Part shown: positions 44,775 to 51,043 of the stretch, one piece after another
Layout: the number at the start of each line of letters is the position of its first letter
Position numbering within the stretch: the first letter of the stretch is position 1
DNA from: Basidiobolus meristosporus CBS 931.73
Lineage: Eukaryota > Fungi > Basidiobolomycota
Length of the DNA stretch: 51,043 nucleotides
Direction: 5' to 3'
NCBI GenBank assembly: GCA_002104905.1
Contig: MCFE01000635.1
Location: forward strand, 1 to 51,043
Made by a program: the position numbers and the translations under genes
Notes under the pieces: generated by a model
The model's database searches: none
The model's input: only the letters and a program-made list of their open reading frames with translations
Told to the model about the DNA's origin: nothing

Positions 44775-47700
44775 TGTTGTAAGAGTCTTGGAGATATTGG
44801 AAGTGATTGGGAGAACAAGTATATTATGTGGTTTTCACTTAATGATTTATTGAATGTAAAAGTAGTATTTATACTTTTACCTAGTCTTAGCATTACAAAC
44901 ACATAGAATAGGTTACAAAAGGTCCCAAGAGCATGTGTGCAAAGTTTGGGGCTGTTTGGACAACTTTGAGAATTTTCATGTTCTGGGTACCTGATTTTTG
45001 GTGAAAATATTCTAAGTAAATCCCAACAAGGAATTTGGTCAGTATTCTCTAGGATTTAAGGGTAATGATCTGAGTGACTAAGTTAGGTGAATATTTAGGT
45101 GGAATTACAAATTTTTACAACACTCCCACTCAGCTAAATGTTCATACTGACTAGTCCTAATTTTGACCTAAGATATTCAAACTTGTCGCTAGCTAATGGT
45201 TTGGTGAATATGTCTGCAATCATTTCATCTGTGGGACAGTAAACTAAGCTAACTAAGTTATTCTCTATAGCTTCACGTATGAAATGATGTCTAATATCTA
45301 TGTGCTTGGTTCTAGCATGAAAAGTTGGATATCTACCTAGTTGTATACATCCTTGATTATCTTGAAATAAAGTAATAGGTGTTTTGTGACATAGGCCTAA
45401 ATCTGTAAAAAGCTTTCTTAACCACATTGCTTCTTTTGTAGCTTCACAGGCTGCTATATACTCTGCCTCTGTGGTGGAAAGTGCTATGGTTTGTTGCATT
45501 CTTGAGTTCCATGAAATTGCTCCTTGACAGTAAAGAAAAGTTTATCCCATGGTGGATCTTCTGTCTTCTAAATTTTGTCCCCAATCTGCATCAGAGTATC
45601 CCACAAGATCTTGTTCTGAGTTCTTGTAAGTGTATCTTAAGCAAATATCAGCAGTTCCTTTTAGGTATCTAAAAATCCGCTTAACTGCTGCAATATGATC
45701 AGATCCATAGTTCTGATTATGTTGGCTGACAACTCCCACTGAATATGAGATATCTGGACGTGTTCCAAGCATGATATACACCAGACTGATGACCATAGAT
45801 TGATAAGGAAAGTTAGGGCTTTCAGATGGCACCAAGCTCTCTTGATTTGGTTGAGTTTTGACCAAGTTAAGGTTTGTCTCCATTGGGGTAGCTGCTGGTT
45901 TACAGTCTTCCATTTTGTACTTATTTAGTATATCTTGAATATACTGGGACTGACTTAGGGTGATAGTCTGGGTACTTCTGTCTATGGAGAACTTAATCCC
46001 TAAGTAGTAACTAAGTTCTCCTAGATCAGACATCTTGAACTCCTTAGATAGGCTGGATTTAGTCTCTTCCAATGTTTCTAGGTTATTGGCAGCTATAATA
46101 AGATCATCCACATATAGAGCTAATAGAACTGGATTTGCTCTACCTGGCTTATAGTGTATACTATAGTCAGCATTACTTCTTTTTAAACTAAAGGATTACA
46201 AATAAGAATCTATCTTGCAATTCCTGGCTCTTGGTGATTGATTGAGACCATATAGTGACTTTTTAAGCTTGCAGACCAAATGGGGGTTATCTTGGTCAAC
46301 AAACCCATCAGGCTGGTCCATATACACATCCTCATCAAGTTCTCCATTCAAAATGCAGTTTTTACATCCATTTGATGAATAAAAAACTTATTTTTGGCTG
46401 CAATAGCCAATATTAATCTGATGGAATTAAACTTGGCTACTGGTGCAAAGGTCTCAGTATAGTCAAGTCCTTTTGTTTGAGAGTATCCATTGGCCACAAG
46501 TCTTGCTTTGTATCTTTCAATTGTACCATCAGCCTTGTATTTTGTCTTGAAGACCCATCTGCATCCAATTGATTTTTGGTTGATTGGTAATTTGACTAAG
46601 TCCCAAGTTTGATTTTCCATCAGGGCCTGATATTCCTCAATCATTGCAGATCTCCAAAACTTTGTCTGAGGGCTATTTAGGGCCTCTTTTACAGTCTGGG
46701 GTTCATCAATATGGACTGAATAGGCATAGGCTAAGTTTGTACCCTCATTGATATAGTAATTTGGGCTATTTCTTGTCCAATTGGATCTCCGGGCATTTGA
46801 TACTGGAATGATCACTTCTGGGATATTCCTGGGCACTAATTCTGGCTGAACCATGGTTGTAGAGTCCTCTGGAGTGAAAAATTTTCATTGTTTTTCCTTG
46901 ATTCAATCCTGACAATTGGTGGACTTAAGATCAGATTTTTGTCATCATCTGATGGCATTTCTTGTGAAAATTTTGAATTTTCATCAATCAACACATCCCT
47001 GGACTTGATCAGCTTCTTTGCTTTTGTATTGTAGAGTCTGTATGCCTTACTCTCATTGTAGTAGCCCAAAAATATGCATTTTACACTTTTTGGCTCAAAT
47101 TTTGACTGATTTCCAGCCAGTTTTTTGGCATATGCTGTACACCCAGATATTCTTAGATGTTCTGCACTTGGTCTGTATCCATACCATGCTTCAAGTGGAG
47201 TAGAATCACAAAGTATTCTGTTATAACTCCTATTTTTAAGGTATACAGCAGTGGCAACTGATTCCGCCCAAAAATCATGGGATAATCTTTGATCATGGAT
47301 CATAGATTTTGCCACATCAATGATTGATCTGTTAGCTCATTCTGCTACTCCATTTTGCTGTGGGGAGTATGGTACAGTGGTCTCTTGCTTTATCCCATGA
47401 ATTTTGCAGAAGTGGATGAAGAGTTTTGAGGTATACTCTCCACCATTGTCAAAGCATATTTTCTTGATTTTTTCACCAGTTTCTCCCTCCACCATGGCTT
47501 TAAACTCCCTGAGCTTAGACAGAGCTTCTTCCTTTCTCTCCATGAAGTAGGCCCATGTGTATCTTGTATTATCATCAATAAAAGTGATTAAATACTTCAT
47601 CCTGCCTAAGGATAAATTTTGCATAGGTCCACAGAGATCTGAGTGAATTAGATATAATATTTTCTTAGTTTTGATTAACTCAGAGCTCTTGAACGGCTGT

Positions 47701-49610
47701 CTGGCTTGTTTCCCATATATGCAGGCTTCACAGTGCCCCAAATTAGCTGGGGGATCAATTTTCACTCCAGAAATTAGCTGATCTTTGATCATTTTATGCA
47801 AATAATCAAAATTGATGTGTCCAAATCTCCTGTGCCAAAGCATTCGTGTTTCTTCATTTAAGTTACTTATATTGGCTTCCAGATATGATGGAATATAAGA
47901 CAACTTGTATAGATTCTGATCTCTGATGCCCAAAGCAATACGGGCACCATTTTGATCAGTGATCCTGCATCCAGAATTGTCAAAACTGAAACTGAGTCCT
48001 TCTGTTGTGGCCTTGCTTACAGATAGTAGGTTCTTGGCTATTTCTGGTATATAGAGTACTTCTTTAAAGGTCAGTGTATGGCTTCCTTTACTGCTTCTAA
48101 GGTTTACTTGGATAGTTCCTTCTCCCACTGCATCAAGTGCTCTATTGTCACCCATGAAAACCTTCTTAATTGGAATTTCTTGATATTGGGTAAAAAGTTC
48201 TTGTTGGTGTGTAAAGTGTTGAGATGCTGGAGAGTCAGTATACCATGTCTGAGAATCCTTCTTTGTGGTCATATTTAGTGCAGATATGAATAGTCTATCT
48301 TCAGTTGTTGCAGCATTTCCATATTCAGGCTTCTTTTGCTGATTATCTTTCTTTTTGAGACACCGGTCTGATGTGTGTCCTTTCCTTTTGCAGTAGTTGC
48401 AAAATAGGTTGCTGTTGCCTTTGTAGGGTCTTGGGTACCTCCTCTGTTGGCTATCATTGCCTATTAAAGCATTTTCTTCTTCCTTCTTATTGGCGCTGTA
48501 GTGGGGTGACAGTGACACCCACTGACAGATGTGCTCATTCCCTTATTTTCCACTTCCCTATATCTCTACTACACTTATTTTAGTTTTATTCCATTTGTCT
48601 TACCCAATCAGTACTATCCCATAAGCCGGTTGACTATCACACCTGCTTACCTTATTGCATAAGTTACCCCTCACTTTATGTAAGATTACTAGCTACAAGT
48701 GCTTCTATATTAGGCAAGTACCCGCGCCAGTACCCGTGACACATGATCAACCTGTGTCACCATCCCTACCATTTCCATACCATATATGGTATCCCCATGT
48801 TACACAGGTTTCAGAATACTGATTCCTGATTGGTTGGATGTGCTGTGCCTCTTAGAACCTTCCGGCACCTACTTAGAACATTCTTAGGTCATTCTGATGT
48901 CATTGAGATTTCTATTGATATCCGGAACCTTCTGGAACACCATGATTAGTAATCACTTAGCCAGTGAAGAAAAAGTATATAAGGGAGGCTATCACTCAAC
49001 AATAAATCATCATCCCTTTTATCAATATACCGACTTGTTGATTAGTGTGATCACTGCTACCTGCTGCTACCTGAACTTCCAACCCTAGACCACAGGACAC
49101 TCCCAGGAAACCGCGCTGACAGCCAACTGACCTTGGAGGCACTACTTGTGAGGAATACTCAGAGTAGGTATCTTTTATTATATTTGATTCTTTCCCAAGT
49201 TTGTTCTTGTACAGGCAAAGATACTTTTCTGTCTTTGTAACTATTGACCACAGCTGCATTCTTATCAAGTCCCTGCTGGTGGAGTTTACAGTTGTTTTGA
49301 CTTTGGAAGCTTTAGTACATTGTCATCTCAAAGGACGCTGAACCCAGCACATACTTTTGTTAAGACGCCAACTAAGTTGGGGATTGTAGCTCAATAGTTT
49401 TCCCTTGACAAGCTTGTGGCTTTATTCCCCTTCACATTAGATTAGAGACAGAACCCAAGTATTCCTAGCAAGCTTTTGCCAGAGGTTATCGCACCCAGTG
49501 AACACCCCACACACAAAACACTTGAGAAGTGTTGGACGTATCTCTCCCTTGGACTTATACACCACCACAGCGCTTGATTTTCTTAATTCTTCATCCAGGA
49601 GCCTTCCATA
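44775..49610 (-). mobile_element. Copia family A element (3' LTR 44775-45122, PPT 45123-45134; RH, RT, IN, PR, gag 3' part), frameshifted
   Basis: CNYCKRKGHTSDRC; WYTDSPASQH (DSG altered); LWHRRFGH; HSDLCGP..DNGGEY..QQNGVAE; YKARLVANGY..QMDVKTAF; DADWG; ALSTTEAEY..RTKHIDIRHHF..ADIFTKPL. Confidence 0.95.
48497..49569 (+). mobile_element. Solo LTR, 1073 bp, TSD GCGC, inserted in Copia gag
   Basis: GCGC at 48493-48496 and 49570-49573; near-identical to 28220-29292. Confidence 0.95.
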
Positions 49611-51043
49611 TGTTGTAAGAGTCTTGGAGATATTGGAAGTGATTGGGAGAACAAGTAGATTATGTGGTTTTCACTTAATGATTTATTGAATGTAAAAGTG
49701 GTATTTATACTTTTACCTGGTCTTGTCATTACAAACACGTAGAATAGGTTAAGGAAGGTCCCAAGAACATGTGTGCAAAGTTTGGGGCTGTTTGGACAAC
49801 TTTGAGAATTTTCATGATCTGGGTACCTGGTATTTTGGTGAAAATATTCTAAGTAAATCCCAACAAGGAATTTGGTCAGTATTCTCTAGGATTTGAAGGT
49901 GATGATCTAAGTGACTAAGTTAGGTGAATATTTAGGTGGAAATATGAATTTTTACAACACTCCCACTCAGCTAAATATTCATACTGACTAGTCCTAATTT
50001 TGAACCTAAGATATTCAAACTTGTCTCTAGCTAATGGTTTAGTAAATATGTCTGCAATCATTTCATCTGTAGAGCAGTAAACTAAGCTAACTAAGTTATT
50101 CTCTATAGCTTCACGTATGAAATGATGTCTAATATCTATGTGCTTGGTTCTAGCATGAAAAGTTGGATTTCTACCTAGTTGTATACATCCTTGATTATCT
50201 TGAAATAAAGTAATAGGCGTTTTTTGACATAGGCCTAAATCTGCAAAGAGCTTTCTTAACCACATTGCTTCTTTTGTAGCTTCACAGGCTGCCATATACT
50301 CTGCCTCTGTAGGTAGAAAGTGCTACGGTTGGTTGCTTTCTTGAATTCCATGAAATGGCTCCTTTACAATAAAGAAAGGTGTATCCTGTGGTGGATCTTC
50401 TGTCTTCTAAATTTCGTCCCCAATCAGCATCAAAGTATCCCACAAGATCCTGTTCTGAATCCTTATAAGTGTATCTTAAGCAGATATCAGCAGTTCCTTT
50501 TAGGTATCTAAAAATCCGCTTAACTGCTGCAATATGATCAGATCCATAATTCTGATTATGCTGGCTGACAACTCCCACTGAATATGAGATATCTGGACGT
50601 GTTCCAAGCATGATATACATCAGACTGCCGACCATAGATTGATAAGGAAAGTCAGGGCTTTCAGATGGCACCAAGCTCTCTTGATTTGGTTGAGTTTTGA
50701 CCAAGTTAAGGTTTGTCTCCATTGGGGTGGCTGCCGGTTTACAGTCTTCCATTTTGTACTTCTTTAGTATATCTTGAATATACTTGGATTGGCTTAGGGT
50801 AATAGTCTGGGTACTTCTGTCTATGGAGAACTTAATCCCTAAGTAGTAACTAAGTTCTCCTAGATTGGACATCTTGAACTCCTTAGATAGGCTGGATTTA
50901 GTCTCTTCCAATGTTTCTAGGTTATTGGTGGCTATAATAAGATCATCCACATATAAAGCTAATAGAACTGGATTTGCTCTATCTGGCTTATAGTATATAC
51001 TATAGTCAGCATTACTCCTTTTGAAACTCAAAGATTCCAAATA
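49611..51043 (-). mobile_element. Second Copia family A element, 3' end (LTR 49611-49959, PPT, RH, RT), nested in gag of the first; runs off the window
   Basis: LTR and RT/RH nearly identical to 44775-46200; YVDD at LALYVDDLII. Confidence 0.93.

Noticed and set aside
48497-48518. Start codon of track ORF 47337-48518 as the Copia gag start
   Set aside because: These codons lie inside the inserted solo LTR; real gag continues at 49574-49610 and beyond the nested Copia.
1-51043. Numerous short antisense or alternate-frame ORFs in the track as host genes
   Set aside because: They overlap TE coding regions or LTRs, many start at TTG/CTG/GTG, and they show no recognisable domains or splice-linked gene structure.

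Overview
Eukaryotic, AT-rich, CpG-depleted, transposon-saturated window, probably from a large fungal genome (host not determinable from sequence). No host gene, rRNA, tRNA or CRISPR array was found. It is a nest of LTR retrotransposons and DNA transposons: (i) one young, intact Ty3/Gypsy (9361-14298; identical 368-bp LTRs, single 1377-aa Gag-Pol) inserted into an older copy of its own family; (ii) several decayed Ty1/Copia elements of at least two LTR families with a Ty5/copia-type half-tRNA primer site; (iii) a ~1073-bp solo-LTR family whose 4-bp target duplications are centred on CpG, and a 1188-bp solo LTR with a terminal hairpin and a G-run array; (iv) decayed CACTA elements with a divergently oriented orphan ORF; (v) a two-gene PHIS (Pangu-like) DNA transposon with AGACTTGTTC termini and 3-bp AWT target duplications, its palindromic MITEs, and an inverted self-duplication that looks like an alternative-transposition product (27999-39812). 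The one segment TEs do not explain is a ~1.8-kb gene-dense island (3312-5148). It holds a catalytically dead uracil-DNA-glycosylase-fold gene, an overlapping upstream ORF, a convergent orphan ORF and a modular AT-rich repeat, and looks like a relic of a DNA virus or similar foreign replicon. All comparisons were made by eye; boundaries marked ~ are approximate.
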